DNA of 64,000 nucleotides from an uncultured Rhodospirillaceae bacterium. Lineage in GTDB: Bacteria > Pseudomonadota > Alphaproteobacteria > Rhodospirillales > UBA2165. Location of the stretch: NCBI GenBank assembly GCA_964566055.1, contig CAZMHI010000005.1, positions 35,690-99,689 of the forward strand, written 5' to 3'. Below the pieces are notes generated by a model. The model was not told the origin of the DNA and did no database searches. It saw only the letters and a list, made by a program, of their open reading frames with translations. Below, piece by piece: positions 13,677-25,893 of this stretch; position 1 is the stretch's first letter, and every line of letters starts with the position of its first letter. Made by a program: the position numbers and the translations under genes.

Positions 13677-14620
13677 GAGGAAACCTCCTCTACGCTTGGC
13701 TGGCCGGGCACGCCGATACGGCGGATTTCCCATTCTAATTTGACGCCACTGGTCTCAAACACCCGGCGGCGCACTTCTTCGCCAAGACCTTCAAGATCAG
13801 CTGCCGTTGCCGAACCGGTATTAATAAGGAAATTGCAGTGTTTTTCAGAGACCACCGCTCCGCCCCGCATGAGGCCGCGGCAACCGGCTTGATCAATAAG
13901 CTCCCACGCTTTGGCATCGGGAGGATTAGTAAACGTGCTGCCGCCAGTTGGCGTTTTAATCGGCTGCGACTGTTCACGCTGCGCCCGGATACTCTTCATC
14001 CTGGCTCCGATGCCGGCAGTCGTACCAGCTTCTCCTTTGAAACGGCCTTCGACGAAAATTAGATCAGCCGGCGCATCGGAATGGCGATAGCTGAACTTCA
14101 TATCGTCGACCGAGAGCTCGATAATGGCTCCCTGCTCATCAATCGCCTTTACGCTTTGCACAATGTCTTTGGTTTCAGCGCCATAGGCACCCGCATTCAT
14201 ACGGAGCGCCCCGCCTACCGCACCTGGAATGCCGGTCAGAAATTCAAATCCTTTAATGCCGGCATCGCGCGCTGCATTGGCGAGCCTGAGATTAGAAACA
14301 CCGCCGCCAGCCACAATTTCCAAACCATCAACTGAAATGTCGGTAAACACCTCGCCCAGCCTGATCACCACGCCCGGCACGCCGCCATCCCGCACCATCA
14401 GATTAGAGCCGATACCAATTATCGTTATCGGCACGTCATCGGGCTTATGGGCAAGAAAATTTGTCAAATCTTTGAGATCGCGCGGCTGGAACATAACTTC
14501 GGCAGGACCTCCTACCCGGAACCAGGTCGATTTTGCGAGTTCGGCGTTTTCTTCCAACCGTCCTTTTACGGGTGGAAGTTTGGCCATTAAACCATCAGGG
14601 AAACGAGGAGCCGCCATCAT
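13673..14620 (-). CDS. murB: UDP-N-acetylenolpyruvoylglucosamine reductase
   Basis: 315 aa. Motifs are [23 protein letters not shown] and GGSTFTNP. It overlaps murC by 4 nt. Confidence 0.93.
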   Translation of the reverse strand: MMAAPRFPDGLMAKLPPVKGRLEENAELAKSTWFRVGGPAEVMFQPRDLKDLTNFLAHKPDDVPITIIGIGSNLMVRDGGVPGVVIRLGEVFTDISVDGLEIVAGGGVSNLRLANAARDAGIKGFEFLTGIPGAVGGALRMNAGAYGAETKDIVQSVKAIDEQGAIIELSVDDMKFSYRHSDAPADLIFVEGRFKGEAGTTAGIGARMKSIRAQREQSQPIKTPTGGSTFTNPPDAKAWELIDQAGCRGLMRGGAVVSEKHCNFLINTGSATAADLEGLGEEVRRRVFETSGVKLEWEIRRIGVPGQPSVEEVSS

Positions 14621-16050
14621 CCAGCCACCTCCTTTTTAGACCCGCGCAATTCGGCCAACTCGTCGGGCAAGCTATTGGCCCAGGCCGTTATACTGCCGGC
14701 CCCTAAGCAGACCACCATATCGCCGGAACTCATATGTTCACTGGCCAGACTGGCGAGATCTTCTGGTTGCTCTAGCGGGATTACCATACGGTGACCGTGG
14801 GAGCGCAAGCCTTCAACTAAACTATCCCGGCTGACCCCTTCTAGTGGCGTCTCACCGGCGGCATAGATATCAGCAACGACAACAATGTCGGCATTGTTAA
14901 AGCAGGTGCAAAACTCCTCGAATAAATCCTGGAGGCGGGAATAGCGATGGGGTTGCACGACAGCCATAACCCGGCCCGATGGTGTCGCCGTACGGGCAGC
15001 TTCAAGCACGGCGGAAATTTCAACCGGGTGGTGACCATAATCATCAATGATCGAAATGCCATCGACCTCACCGGTTTTGGTGAAACGCCGCTTTACACCG
15101 GCAAAATTAGTCAGGCCCTGACGGATCAACTCATCAGCGATCCCCATTTCCAAAGCAATGGCGATAGCTGCGGCGGCATTGAGGATATTGTGCCCACCGA
15201 CCATCGGCAGAAGCAGTTTTTCGATGGTACGTTCTTCGTCTGATTTGCGATCGGCAATAACGATATCAAAACTGGATCCTTCCCTCGACGCCTCAATATT
15301 AGCGATCCGGATATCAGCCTGTGGAGATTCCCCGTAAGTGATGATTTTGCGGTCTGAGACTCGGGGGATCAGCGCCTGCACTTCGGTATCGTCAATGCAA
15401 AGGGCGGCAAAACCATAAAACGGAATTTGCTCAACAAAGGTAACAAAAGCATCGCGCAGCGCATCGAATGAGCCATAGTGATCCATGTGCTCGCTATCGA
15501 TATTGGTCACTACAGCAATTGTCGAAGGTAATTTGACAAATGTGCCGTCGGATTCATCAGCTTCCGCAACCATCCAGTCACCATCGCCGAGACGCGCATT
15601 GGTTCCCCAGGCATTGATAATGCCGCCATTTACAACCGTGGGGTCCATCTCGGCGGCTTCTAATAGGGCTGCCACTAATGACGTCGTAGTGGTTTTGCCA
15701 TGAGTACCGCCAACGGCAATAGACCATTTTAGCCTCATGAGTTCGCCCAGCATCTCGGCCCGGCGCACCACCGGCATCAGGCGCTGACGGGCAGCTTCCA
15801 GTTCCGGGTTGCCGGCTTTGACAGCCGAGGAAATCACCACAACTTCAGCTTTGCCCAAATTTTCTTCGGCGTGACCAACTTTGACGTCAATGCCGAGCCC
15901 TCTTAGGCGGACGACATTAGCGCCTTCCGCCATATCACTGCCCTGCACGGCATATCCGAGGTTATGTAACACTTCGGCAATGCCGCTCATGCCGATACCT
16001 CCGATGCCGACGAAATGAATGATACCGAGATCAAGCGGCAGTCCCCTCAT
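14617..16050 (-). CDS. murC: UDP-N-acetylmuramate--L-alanine ligase
   Basis: 477 aa. Motifs are [28 protein letters not shown] and DDYGHHP. Confidence 0.95.
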   Translation of the reverse strand: MRGLPLDLGIIHFVGIGGIGMSGIAEVLHNLGYAVQGSDMAEGANVVRLRGLGIDVKVGHAEENLGKAEVVVISSAVKAGNPELEAARQRLMPVVRRAEMLGELMRLKWSIAVGGTHGKTTTTSLVAALLEAAEMDPTVVNGGIINAWGTNARLGDGDWMVAEADESDGTFVKLPSTIAVVTNIDSEHMDHYGSFDALRDAFVTFVEQIPFYGFAALCIDDTEVQALIPRVSDRKIITYGESPQADIRIANIEASREGSSFDIVIADRKSDEERTIEKLLLPMVGGHNILNAAAAIAIALEMGIADELIRQGLTNFAGVKRRFTKTGEVDGISIIDDYGHHPVEISAVLEAARTATPSGRVMAVVQPHRYSRLQDLFEEFCTCFNNADIVVVADIYAAGETPLEGVSRDSLVEGLRSHGHRMVIPLEQPEDLASLASEHMSSGDMVVCLGAGSITAWANSLPDELAELRGSKKEVAG

Positions 16051-17204
16051 GCTGCTGCCCTCCGATCATCAGTATCGGGCCCGGTTTTATCGTTACCATC
16101 AGGCATTAGGCCCACCACCATATCGGCAAGCCGTGCCGCCGCATCCGGCACACCGGCCGATTTTGCCGCCGTGGCGGCATTCTCGAGCATACGCGGGATG
16201 GCGAACAGAGCTTCCAAACGCTCCGCCAGCACAACATCGGTGAAGGCGTCTTCCGGGATCAGCCAGCCGCCGCCAACTTCATCAACTGCATGGGCATTTC
16301 TCGATTGATGATCATCCACGGCATGGCGGTAAGGTACAAAAATCGCCGGGCGGCCAATGGTCGTCAGCTCGGCAATGGAAGAAGCGCCAGAGCGGCAGAT
16401 CACCAAATGAGCAGAAGCAATGCGATCCGGCACATCGTTAAAGAAAGTCGAAAGCTCGGCATCAACACCGATACTGCGATAGGCAGATTTGGCCTCATCA
16501 ATATCTTCTGGGCGGCTTTGCTGGGTTATTCTAATCCGGCGGCGCAGAGTTTCATCAAGCCGCTTCATCGCCTCCGGCACGACCACACTAAATATATGTG
16601 CGCCCTGACTGCCGCCGAAAACGGCTAAATTGATATCACCGTCACTGCCGAGGTCTGGGTAAGAGCGCTCCCTAACTGTCGTCACCGCAGGGCGCACCGG
16701 CATACCAGTGACTACTACATTTGACTTAGCAGCTTCCGGAATTTCGGAAACTTTCTCGAAAGAGGTCGCAATGCTTGCGACCCGGCTGGCCAGCAGGCGA
16801 TTGGCCCGGCCCAGCACGGCATTTTGTTCGTGAATTGCCGCCTTAGTGCCGGAATGAGCAGCAGCCAGCATCGTCGGCACCGAGGCGTAGCCGCCAAAAC
16901 CAACGACCACAGCAGGCTTTAAACGGCGCAGCAGAAACCATGCTTGCACGGTGCCGATCATCAATTCAAAGGCACTAAGAATACGGGCCAATATACCTTT
17001 GCCGGCTATGCCGCCAGCGCGTACGCGATGGGTTTCAAGCTCACCTAGACGCCCACTTAAATCACCACCGCGCCGGTCAGTAACGAGCGCCAGCCGATAG
17101 CCGCGACTGCTGAGCTCAGCTGCTAGCGCTTCAGCCGGGAATACGTGACCACCGGTGCCGCCGGCAGCTAAGACAACAAGAAGATTGGCAGAAGAATTAG
17201 CCAT
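16047..17204 (-). CDS. murG: Undecaprenyldiphospho-muramoylpentapeptide beta-N-acetylglucosaminyltransferase
   Basis: 385 aa with [16 protein letters not shown]. Its start shares 1 nt with the ftsW stop (TAATG). Confidence 0.95.
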   Translation of the reverse strand: MANSSANLLVVLAAGGTGGHVFPAEALAAELSSRGYRLALVTDRRGGDLSGRLGELETHRVRAGGIAGKGILARILSAFELMIGTVQAWFLLRRLKPAVVVGFGGYASVPTMLAAAHSGTKAAIHEQNAVLGRANRLLASRVASIATSFEKVSEIPEAAKSNVVVTGMPVRPAVTTVRERSYPDLGSDGDINLAVFGGSQGAHIFSVVVPEAMKRLDETLRRRIRITQQSRPEDIDEAKSAYRSIGVDAELSTFFNDVPDRIASAHLVICRSGASSIAELTTIGRPAIFVPYRHAVDDHQSRNAHAVDEVGGGWLIPEDAFTDVVLAERLEALFAIPRMLENAATAAKSAGVPDAAARLADMVVGLMPDGNDKTGPDTDDRRAAA

Positions 17205-18370
17205 TAAATCAGGCGTCCTCCCATATCTCGACCACCGAGATCACGCAACGCGTTTTCCTGACCCGGCCGTTCGCGGGTCAGCGCCAGCACCATACCGAGA
17301 CCAATCGCCAAAGCCATCATTGATGAGCCTCCATAAGAGATAAACGGCAAGGTCATTCCTTTGGTTGGCATCAGGTTGAGCGTTGAGGCCATATTGATGA
17401 TGGCTTGCAGCCCAAATTGAACCAGCAACCCGGCAACGGCGAGTTGAACGAACAGATCAGTTTCTTTAAAAGCGCGGCCAAATCCTCTCAGCACAACGAA
17501 CAAAAACAGCGCCACAATCAGCAATGTCATGACGAGACCAAATTCTTCACCGGCGACAGCAAAAATAAAGTCAGCATGGGCATCCGGCAGCACCGCTTTA
17601 ACATGACCTTCACCCGGTCCCCGGCCAAACACACCGCCATTGCGAAAAGCTTCGAGCGACCGCATGACCTGATAGGCCTCGGAGCTTGCCGGATCGAAAA
17701 AGCGGTCGATGCGGCTTTGCACATGTTCAAAATTAAAATAGGCGGCAAATCCGCCGGAGATAAAAACAATGCCAATCGCCAATACCAGCAACATCGGCAG
17801 ACCGGCTAGGAAAAACTGAACGCCCCAGACGACACTTACCAAAATTGCCATGCCGACATCCGGCTGCATCAGCAATAAAGCAACAACTGTCAAATACAGT
17901 CCGACCGCCACCATATAGCCGGGAAAATCTTCTTTGAGCCGCCAGGCCGAAAACATCCAGGCGGCGATGATAGCGAAACTCGGTTTGACAAATTCGGATG
18001 GCTGGATAGAGAAACTGGCGAGAGTGACCCAGCGGGTGGCGCCTTTTACCTCGGTGCCGTTCACCAGCGTATAAATCATCAATAAAACTGCCAGCCCAAA
18101 ACAGATGACGGCGAGTTGGCGCACACCACTGCGGTTCAACAATGACACCGCAAACATGACAATTAAGACGAAGGGCAGAACGATGAATTGGCGTTGAGCA
18201 AAGTAAAATGTATCAAGCCCAATGCGTTCAGCAACCGCTGGGCTGGCGGCCAGAGCTAAAATCGCCCCCATCGCTAAAATCGCAATGATCGCTGCAATCA
18301 TCCAGCGGTCAACAGTCCACCACCAGCGGCCAAAGAGACTTTCATCAGAACGGGAGAAGGTCGAATTCAT
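17204..18370 (-). CDS. ftsW: SEDS-family peptidoglycan glycosyltransferase FtsW
   Basis: 388 aa polytopic membrane protein. Motifs are SIQPSEFVKP and the C-terminal LPFISYGGSSM. It sits between murD and murG. Confidence 0.92.
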   Translation of the reverse strand: MNSTFSRSDESLFGRWWWTVDRWMIAAIIAILAMGAILALAASPAVAERIGLDTFYFAQRQFIVLPFVLIVMFAVSLLNRSGVRQLAVICFGLAVLLMIYTLVNGTEVKGATRWVTLASFSIQPSEFVKPSFAIIAAWMFSAWRLKEDFPGYMVAVGLYLTVVALLLMQPDVGMAILVSVVWGVQFFLAGLPMLLVLAIGIVFISGGFAAYFNFEHVQSRIDRFFDPASSEAYQVMRSLEAFRNGGVFGRGPGEGHVKAVLPDAHADFIFAVAGEEFGLVMTLLIVALFLFVVLRGFGRAFKETDLFVQLAVAGLLVQFGLQAIINMASTLNLMPTKGMTLPFISYGGSSMMALAIGLGMVLALTRERPGQENALRDLGGRDMGGRLI

Positions 18371-19749
18371 GCAGCACCTGCTTCCAGATTGGTGACAAGA
18401 TCGCGGAAAGTGTCACCGCGTTGTTCAAAATCACTAAATTGATCGAAGGACGCACAGGCCGGCGACAATAGAACCGTCCCACCGCCTTCACTTTGCGCTG
18501 CTTGATGAGCAACCTTCACTGCCGCTTCGAGATCGTCACATTGAACTGCTGGGACGTTAGAGCCGAGCAGTTCAGCTAGCTGGCCTTGCGCTTCTCCGAT
18601 AAGATAAACCTGCTTGATCTGCGGCAACACTTGTTCAATGGAGCCGAGGTCATCTTCTTTAAATTGGCCACCGGCGATCCAATGAATATTTTGGTAGCAC
18701 TGCAGTGCCTTAGCAGCGGCTTCGGTGTTGGTAGCCTTACTGTCATTAATATAGGTGACGCCATTGATCTCGCGGACCATTTCCTGGCGATGGGCGAGGC
18801 CCGCAAATGACCTAATTGCTGTGGCGATTTCTTCAGGCTTAATGTCGGCAGCCCGAGCCGCCGCATAGGCCGCTGCCGCATTTTGCCAATTATGCCCACC
18901 CGGCAAAGTCGCTACCGAACGCATATCCATGATCGAGTTTTGCTGATTTTCGAGATCGTCAATTAGCATGCCGTCCTCGACATAGACGCCGCCAGGGGTT
19001 CTGGCGCTGCCCGAGATCGGCACAATGCCTTTACCGCCCCGGTCGAGCATCAATTCCAGGGAGATACCCCGGCAATGAGAATCTTCCATACCAATAATAG
19101 CTGGAGCAAATTCTTTGGTACGCTCGAACAAAATTCGCTTGGCAGCAACATAACCATCGAGACCACCGTGACGATCCAAATGATCCGGTGAAATATTAAG
19201 CAGCACCGCAACATCGAGACGAACCGAGGGAATACGCTCCAATTGATAAGATGACAGTTCCAGCACATAAGTGCCGTCTTCACCGAGTGGCGCCATATCC
19301 AAAGCTGGGATACCGTAATTTCCGCCGATCTCAACCGATCGCCCGGCAGCTTTTAATATATGCCCAATCAGCGCCGTCGTGGTTGACTTGCCATTGGTGC
19401 CGGAGATGCCGACAAAACGAGCGGTAGCTACTTCCCGAGCTAAGAGGTCAACATCACAAATAATTTCGCAATCGGCGTCGCGGGCGCGGCTGGCGATTTC
19501 GTGGGGTTCCGGATATTGATCCGGAATGCCGGGGCTTAAAACCAAAGTCGTTAGCTGAGACCAGTCACTTTTATAAAGATCTGTAAGTTCGACACCTTCT
19601 GCCATCGCCTTGTTCCGGGTTGCTTCTTCATCATCCCAAGCCCAAACTTCGGCCCCTCCCGCAGCCAAAGCGCGGACGGCAGAGAGGCCGGAGCGGCCCA
19701 GTCCCAGCACACCTACCGGCTTATTGGCAAAGGAAGTTACGTTGATCAC
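18367..19749 (-). CDS. murD: UDP-N-acetylmuramoylalanine--D-glutamate ligase
   Basis: Motifs are GVLGLGRSG and GTNGKSTTT. I chose the GTG at 19749, which gives (M)INVTSFANKPVGVLGLGRSG and resembles alphaproteobacterial MurD N-termini as I remember them. It also avoids the 58-nt overlap with mraY that the ATG at 19815 would create. The start remains uncertain. Confidence 0.9.
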   Translation of the reverse strand: MINVTSFANKPVGVLGLGRSGLSAVRALAAGGAEVWAWDDEEATRNKAMAEGVELTDLYKSDWSQLTTLVLSPGIPDQYPEPHEIASRARDADCEIICDVDLLAREVATARFVGISGTNGKSTTTALIGHILKAAGRSVEIGGNYGIPALDMAPLGEDGTYVLELSSYQLERIPSVRLDVAVLLNISPDHLDRHGGLDGYVAAKRILFERTKEFAPAIIGMEDSHCRGISLELMLDRGGKGIVPISGSARTPGGVYVEDGMLIDDLENQQNSIMDMRSVATLPGGHNWQNAAAAYAAARAADIKPEEIATAIRSFAGLAHRQEMVREINGVTYINDSKATNTEAAAKALQCYQNIHWIAGGQFKEDDLGSIEQVLPQIKQVYLIGEAQGQLAELLGSNVPAVQCDDLEAAVKVAHQAAQSEGGGTVLLSPACASFDQFSDFEQRGDTFRDLVTNLEAGAA

Positions 19750-19757
19750 TTGTCTCT

Positions 19758-20846
19758 CTACCTCAGTTTCAAAGTTGCCAGCCCGGCTATCGCCAGGATC
19801 ACAGCAATGATCCAAAAACGGATTACAATGGTCGGCTCAGCCCAGCCTTTTTTCTCAAAATGATGATGTAATGGCGCCATCGCAAAGACGCGTTTACCGG
19901 TCAGCTTAAAGGAAATGACTTGAACGATGACCGAAACAGTTTCCAACACGAACAAGCCGCCAACGATTGCCAGCACCAATTCATGCTTGGTAATGACGGC
20001 TACGGAACCCAATGCACCGCCCATCGACAGCGAACCGGTATCACCCATAAAGACCATGGCCGGCGGCGCATTATACCAAAGAAAGCCGAGACCGGCACCG
20101 ATGAGCGCCCCACAGAAAATCGAAAGCTCACCTGCACCCGGCACATAGTTGAGCTGCAGATAATTTGAAAACACCGAGTTACCGATAACGTACGAGATTA
20201 AGGCAAAGACTCCGGTGGCGATCATCACCGGACCAATCGCCAAACCATCCAGACCATCGGTCAGGTTAACCGCATTGGAAGAGCCGACAATAACAAGGCA
20301 GGAAAAAGCGACAAAAAACCAGCCAAGATCAATCAGCACGGTTTTGAAGAACGGAATGGAAAGCGATGTCGCCAAAGGTTCACGGGTTAGGCTCATGATA
20401 TAAAGTGTTGCCGCCACGGCGATAAAAATCTGCAGCAGCATTTTGAGCTTACCTGGCAGCCCGCTGGAATTTTGCCTTGTGACTTTGATGTAATCATCGA
20501 TAAAACCGATCATGCCATAGCCGACCGTGACTCCAAGTGCTGCCCAAATATATCCGTTGCGGAGATCAGCCCATAGCAGCGTTGATATCACCAAGGCCAG
20601 CAGGATCATAAAGCCGCCCATTGTCGGTGTGCCCACTTTGGTAATCAAATGACCTTCCGGCCCGTCCTCACGGATCGGCTGGCCTTTTTTCTGATGGACT
20701 TTGAGCCATTTGATGATGATCGGCCCGCAAATAAAACTCACGATCAGCGCCGTCATCATCGCGCCGCCGGTTCTAAAGGTGATATAGCGAAACAGATTAA
20801 AAAAGGCGACTTGATCGGCAAATTGCGCAAGGGTGTTAAACAGCAT
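19758..20846 (-). CDS. mraY: Phospho-N-acetylmuramoyl-pentapeptide transferase
   Basis: 362 aa polytopic membrane protein. Motifs are [22 protein letters not shown] and PLHHHFE. Confidence 0.95.
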   Translation of the reverse strand: MLFNTLAQFADQVAFFNLFRYITFRTGGAMMTALIVSFICGPIIIKWLKVHQKKGQPIREDGPEGHLITKVGTPTMGGFMILLALVISTLLWADLRNGYIWAALGVTVGYGMIGFIDDYIKVTRQNSSGLPGKLKMLLQIFIAVAATLYIMSLTREPLATSLSIPFFKTVLIDLGWFFVAFSCLVIVGSSNAVNLTDGLDGLAIGPVMIATGVFALISYVIGNSVFSNYLQLNYVPGAGELSIFCGALIGAGLGFLWYNAPPAMVFMGDTGSLSMGGALGSVAVITKHELVLAIVGGLFVLETVSVIVQVISFKLTGKRVFAMAPLHHHFEKKGWAEPTIVIRFWIIAVILAIAGLATLKLR

Positions 20847-22272
20847 TCAGGATCTCCTTGCTTTCAATATTTTCTTTAAGTGCATCAACGACTAGGCCCA
20901 TCAGAGATCCCGCCGAACCTTTGACCAGAACGACATCACCCGGCTGAAGTGCGTCGAGCAGAGGCTCAATGAGCGCTGCGGAATTATTGGTGCGAACGAC
21001 ACCTATTGTTTCCGGCAGAGCGTCACACAAATGTTTCATCTCCGGCCCTGCGGCATAGACAAGATCAACACCGGCAGCAACAACAGGTGTGACTAAGCCT
21101 TGATGAAGGTCTGCTGATTTATCACCAAGCTCCCGCATATCGCCAAGGGCTGCAATCCGGCGGCCTGAAGGCCCCAGCTCTGCTTGAGCCAGAACCTCCA
21201 GCGCCGCCGCGATTGAAACCGGACTGGCGTTGTAGCTGTCATCGATAAGTTCAAAACTGCCATCACCAATAGAAAGGATATGCCGCTCACCCCGGCCTTT
21301 CGGTGGCTTAATCTCGGCGAAGGCACGTGCGGCAGCAAAAACATCGGCGCCGACAGCCTCGACAGCCGCCAGTACAGCTAAGCTATTCATCACCCAGTGA
21401 CGCCCAGGCATCGTCAGCTGATAAGAAAAACGGTAACCATTAAACGAGGCTTCGACGGTTGAGCCATCGGACCGCAGCACAAAATCCAGCAGTTTATATT
21501 GCGCTTCATGATGTACTCCAAAACCGATGACTTTTCCGGCACCTGCCGCTGAAGCGGCATCGGACAGCAAGTCAAAATAGGCGTTATCCCGGTTGAGGAT
21601 GGCCGTACCGCCCTCCTCCAGGCCATTAAATATCTCAGCCTTGGCGCGGGCGATATCTTCGACCGATGAGAAAAACTCGATATGGGCGGGCTCTACCGTC
21701 GTTACAATGGCGACGATTGGCCTGACCATCTGTGATAACGGAGTTAATTCACCGGCATGGTTCATGCCTAGCTCAAACACGGCATATTCTGCACTTTGCG
21801 GCAAACGCGCCAGCGATAGCGGCACGCCAAAATGATTGTTAAAACTACCGCGGCTGTAGGAAGTCTCGCCCTGATCTGACAATAATTTCCCGAGCGCCTC
21901 TTTAACCCCGGTTTTACCGACACTGCCGGTGACTGCGATCACCTTGGCATCTGAGCGGTCACGTCCCGCCCGGCCCAGATCGTTGAGCGCCGCGAAGGTA
22001 TCACTGACTTTCAGCAGCGGCGCCTCGGCGCCAGCCCCGTCAACGGCCTCGGCAACAATCGCCGCTGCCGCGCCATTTTCCAAAGCACTTTGAACATAAT
22101 CATGGCCGTTAAAGTTTGGCCCTGAAATAGCGATAAAGAGGTCATCTTGCTCAACCGTCCGGCTATCAATGGAAACACCCGCAGCGCTCCAATCTGCTGC
22201 TGATATTCCACCGGTTGCTTTGGCTGCGTCATTTGAGCGCCATAACGTGCTGGATTGCTGAAGGCCGGTCAT
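20836..22272 (-). CDS. murF: UDP-N-acetylmuramoyl-tripeptide--D-alanyl-D-alanine ligase
   Basis: 478 aa. Motifs are [18 protein letters not shown] and DDSYNASP. Confidence 0.93.
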   Translation of the reverse strand: MTGLQQSSTLWRSNDAAKATGGISAADWSAAGVSIDSRTVEQDDLFIAISGPNFNGHDYVQSALENGAAAAIVAEAVDGAGAEAPLLKVSDTFAALNDLGRAGRDRSDAKVIAVTGSVGKTGVKEALGKLLSDQGETSYSRGSFNNHFGVPLSLARLPQSAEYAVFELGMNHAGELTPLSQMVRPIVAIVTTVEPAHIEFFSSVEDIARAKAEIFNGLEEGGTAILNRDNAYFDLLSDAASAAGAGKVIGFGVHHEAQYKLLDFVLRSDGSTVEASFNGYRFSYQLTMPGRHWVMNSLAVLAAVEAVGADVFAAARAFAEIKPPKGRGERHILSIGDGSFELIDDSYNASPVSIAAALEVLAQAELGPSGRRIAALGDMRELGDKSADLHQGLVTPVVAAGVDLVYAAGPEMKHLCDALPETIGVVRTNNSAALIEPLLDALQPGDVVLVKGSAGSLMGLVVDALKENIESKEILNAV

Positions 22273-23750
22273 GCACTACCTCCTGCAACAGCTTGTTTGG
22301 CAATCTCAACATCATCAAATGGCAGCACGTCATCGCCGATGATCTGGCCCTGCTCATGCCCTTTACCGGCAATGACCAATAGATCACCGTCATTGAGTCC
22401 GTCAACAGCGGTAAAAATCGCTTCCTTACGGTCACCAATTTCCAAGGCGTCTGGACAGGCTGTCATAATCTCCGCCCGAATGGGAGCAGCGTCTTCGGTC
22501 CGGGGATTGTCATCGGTGACAATCACTTCATCGGCGAAGCGGGTAGCAATTGCGCCCATTTCCGGACGCTTGCCTTTATCCCGGTCGCCGCCGCAGCCGA
22601 ACACGACTTTCAGTTTTTTAGCGGTATGAGGCCTTAGCGCCGTTAAAACATGCTTGAGCGCATCCGGTGTGTGAGCGTAATCAACATAAATACCGGCGCC
22701 ACTACCGTGACGGGCCGCAAGTTCAAGCCTCCCCCGCACACCGGCAAGTTTTCCAAGCGCAGCTACGGCCTGAGCTTGATCAGCGCCATCGGCGATAACG
22801 ATACCTAAAGCACAGAGCGCGTTCATGCTCTGGAAACCGCCAATCAACGGCAAGGTTAGCTCGACATCTTTACCCAGCACCTTCAGTGACAAGCGCTGGC
22901 CATCCGCTAACGGCTCAATATTTTTGAGCCTGATGTCGCCGGCCTCAATTCCATAACTTAAAATCTTAATCCGGCGTTTTTCCAAGGCTGCAGCAAGAGC
23001 TTCGCTTTTTGCATCATCGGCATTAATAATAGCAACACCATCGCTGTCCAACACCTCGGTGAACAATCGCAATTTGGCGCCAAAGTAGTCTTCCATACTT
23101 GCATGATAATCAAGATGATCACGGCTGAGATTGGTGAAAGCGGCAATTTTTATTTCAACACCATCTAAGCGAAATTGATCAAGTCCGTGACTGGACGCTT
23201 CTAGGGCGACATGACTGACACCATTCTCAACTAGGTCTCTAAGCGTCTTATGAAGATCAGCCGGATCAGGCGTGGTTAGGCTGCCGCTCTCCTCGCGACC
23301 CGGGGCGATCAGACCCAGCGTGCCAAAACTAGCCGCTGGCTGACCACAAGCCTGCCAGAGCTGGCGGGCAAATTCAGCAACCGAGGATTTACCATTGGTG
23401 CCGGTTACAGCGACAACATGATCGGGTTGGGGTTGATAAAACCGGCCCACCATTTTTGCATAGCGACGGCGTGGGTTGCGGTCCGGTACGAGACTGATGT
23501 CAGCATCTATATCACCGGCAAGACCCTCCTGATAGCTTTCAAGCGAGACCAAAAGGGCCGTCGCACCGGCGGCAATTGCCTCCGGAATAAATTTGGCACC
23601 GTCAATCTGGACGCCGGAAAGGGCCGCGAACAAAAAGCCCGGTCCTACCTGACGCGAATCAGCGGTTATTCCCAAAATGTCAGTATCTACAAAATCTCTG
23701 CCTGACATACTTTTCCATTCATATCCCACCAATAAATCTGCTAATCGCAA
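22269..23750 (-). CDS. murE: UDP-N-acetylmuramoyl-L-alanyl-D-glutamate--2,6-diaminopimelate ligase
   Basis: 493 aa. Motifs are VTGTNGKSS, VDYAHTPDAL and the meso-DAP-type TDDNPRTED. Confidence 0.93.
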   Translation of the reverse strand: MRLADLLVGYEWKSMSGRDFVDTDILGITADSRQVGPGFLFAALSGVQIDGAKFIPEAIAAGATALLVSLESYQEGLAGDIDADISLVPDRNPRRRYAKMVGRFYQPQPDHVVAVTGTNGKSSVAEFARQLWQACGQPAASFGTLGLIAPGREESGSLTTPDPADLHKTLRDLVENGVSHVALEASSHGLDQFRLDGVEIKIAAFTNLSRDHLDYHASMEDYFGAKLRLFTEVLDSDGVAIINADDAKSEALAAALEKRRIKILSYGIEAGDIRLKNIEPLADGQRLSLKVLGKDVELTLPLIGGFQSMNALCALGIVIADGADQAQAVAALGKLAGVRGRLELAARHGSGAGIYVDYAHTPDALKHVLTALRPHTAKKLKVVFGCGGDRDKGKRPEMGAIATRFADEVIVTDDNPRTEDAAPIRAEIMTACPDALEIGDRKEAIFTAVDGLNDGDLLVIAGKGHEQGQIIGDDVLPFDDVEIAKQAVAGGSA

Positions 23751-23780
23751 TGGGTTTCCCTCATTTAGATCCCCACGACG

Positions 23781-25541
23781 TCAGCGTCTTGTTGCTCTGG
23801 CCGCGATGAAAAGATCATCCCCCGGCTTCGGCAGTTTTTCTGCAAGTTGCGATGGCTTAAGCCCTAACAGAGGCGCCATCCTTTTAACCACGCGCGCAAC
23901 CACTGGGGCGGCCACCCAACCGCCCGTCGCATAGCCATGCGTCCGTTGTGTTCCTTTCGGCTCATCCAACAGCGCCAAAATTACATAGCGCGGTTTATTC
24001 ATCGGGAAGGCCGCGACAAAAGACGAGATCACCCGGCGGTCACCATAACCACCACGCGGGCCCGGTTTATCTGCTGTGCCGGTCTTGCCACCAATCAAAT
24101 AGCCCGGCACATCAGCATTCCGGCCAGTGCCGTTACGCACAACCAAGCGCATCAGCCCACGCATTTTTTTTGATGTAGACTTAGAGAGAACTCTTGAGCC
24201 AACCGCTTGCTGGCCGTTTGAAAACTTGATCATCCTAGGATTATAGAGATTGCCGCCATTAACCAGGGCAGCAATACCGGCAACCAATTGGATCGGACTA
24301 ACTGCAATGCCATGGCCATAGGAAATTGTCATGGTGTTGATCTCGCGCCAGCGATCGGGCGTCAGGGGAGAACCAATTTCCGGCAGTTCAATCGCTGCCG
24401 GTTTCAGCATGCCAAAACGTTTGAGGTATTTTTTTTGACCCGCCGTGCCGACCTCAAGCGCCATTTTAGCGGCGCCGATATTGGAAGAATAGACAATGAT
24501 CTCCGGCACTGAAAGCCAGCGGTTCTTGGCGTGATAATCAGATATTAGAAAACGGGAAACTTTAATTGGCTTAGTCGCATCATAACGATCCCTGAGGCGC
24601 GCCGCACCGGTATCTAGCGCCATGGCGGCTGTGAACAACTTGAAGGTCGAGCCCATTTCATAGACGCCTTTGGTAACCCGGTTGAAGCCGGCAATACCAG
24701 CAGCCGTCACCGGCTTATTAGGATTAAAGTCAGGCAACGAAATCATCGCCCGCACTTCGCCATTGGTCGCATCCATGACCACACCGGCTGCACCTATAGC
24801 CCGAAACTCCGCCATCGATTTCAATAGTTCTTCACGCAGGATCGATTGCACGCGAATGTCCAGCGACAAGGTGATCGGCTCATCGGAGCCGCGCAGGGAT
24901 TTATCAAAATATCCCTCGATACCGGACAAGCCTTGGCCATCAATATTTGTGAGACCCAAAGCATGGGCAACGATGCGGCCATGCGGATAAACCCGCCGTT
25001 CCGTACGCTGAAAATAGAGGCCGGGAATGCCCAGGGCATTAACCGCGAACTGGGTCTTTGGCGTGAGATTTCGCTGCAACCAGACAAAGGTTTTTTTCGC
25101 AGCTAGTTTCGACTGGATTTTGGACCGGTCCAAATTGGGGAAAACCCGGGACAATTTCCGCGCTGCTTCTTTGGGATCAAGGATGTGCTGCGGGTTGGCA
25201 TAGAGCGAGGCAGTCGGCAAACTTGTTGCCAGCAAAATACCATTGCGATCCGTTATATCAGAACGCACCTTGCGCATTTTCGAAGTTGCCGCAATCCGAT
25301 TGTTGCGGGCTTCTTCTCCAGCTTGATCAACCAGAGCCAATTCGACCAATCGTCCGGCGATCACAGCAAAGGCCAGCGTGAATAGTGCACCAGTTACCAG
25401 CAGACGATTACGCCCGATCTCCAGGGCCTGGCGGCGGATGCCTTCGAATTTAATGTGGGTCGGAATTTCAGAGGCGGTCTCCTTTACCGAAACATTGGAT
25501 TCGGGCGGACTAAAGGGGTGACGGAGACGTTCGAAATTCAC
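23781..25541 (-). CDS. ftsI: Peptidoglycan D,D-transpeptidase FtsI (PBP3)
   Basis: 586 aa with an N-terminal TM helix and the penicillin-binding motifs STFK, SSN and KTGT. Its GTG start overlaps the ftsL TGA. Confidence 0.93.
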   Translation of the reverse strand: MNFERLRHPFSPPESNVSVKETASEIPTHIKFEGIRRQALEIGRNRLLVTGALFTLAFAVIAGRLVELALVDQAGEEARNNRIAATSKMRKVRSDITDRNGILLATSLPTASLYANPQHILDPKEAARKLSRVFPNLDRSKIQSKLAAKKTFVWLQRNLTPKTQFAVNALGIPGLYFQRTERRVYPHGRIVAHALGLTNIDGQGLSGIEGYFDKSLRGSDEPITLSLDIRVQSILREELLKSMAEFRAIGAAGVVMDATNGEVRAMISLPDFNPNKPVTAAGIAGFNRVTKGVYEMGSTFKLFTAAMALDTGAARLRDRYDATKPIKVSRFLISDYHAKNRWLSVPEIIVYSSNIGAAKMALEVGTAGQKKYLKRFGMLKPAAIELPEIGSPLTPDRWREINTMTISYGHGIAVSPIQLVAGIAALVNGGNLYNPRMIKFSNGQQAVGSRVLSKSTSKKMRGLMRLVVRNGTGRNADVPGYLIGGKTGTADKPGPRGGYGDRRVISSFVAAFPMNKPRYVILALLDEPKGTQRTHGYATGGWVAAPVVARVVKRMAPLLGLKPSQLAEKLPKPGDDLFIAARATRR

Positions 25542-25879
25542 CGGCGTGACCCCCTTTTGTTAGATTTGTTAGAAATCTTATCGGCTGAAATCGCCTGTTC
25601 ATCACCGTCTTGTCCGGATAACTCCTCCACGGATTTAATTTGCATCGGCTGAGTAGGCTTCATTTCAAGATAGCGCGATGCCAAATCCTTGATCCGGGCA
25701 ACATCGTTCAAATGACTCCATTCGGCCTTGAGGACGTGGATGCCTTCCTGATCAGCGACGATGGCTTTATTGAGAATATTCAGCTCTTCCTCAAGATCGG
25801 TAACCTCATATTTCAAAAAGAACAGCGCAACGCTCATTATGGCTGCGAGTAGAAGTGTGAGTACTGTGGTCTGCCGCAT
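25538..25879 (-). CDS. ftsL: Cell division protein FtsL (alphaproteobacterial type)
   Basis: 113 aa with a single N-terminal TM helix (VLTLLLAAIMSVALFFL) followed by a coiled-coil segment. It sits between rsmH and ftsI. Confidence 0.8.
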   Translation of the reverse strand: MRQTTVLTLLLAAIMSVALFFLKYEVTDLEEELNILNKAIVADQEGIHVLKAEWSHLNDVARIKDLASRYLEMKPTQPMQIKSVEELSGQDGDEQAISADKISNKSNKRGSRR

Positions 25880-25893
25880 GCTCCTCTTCTCCT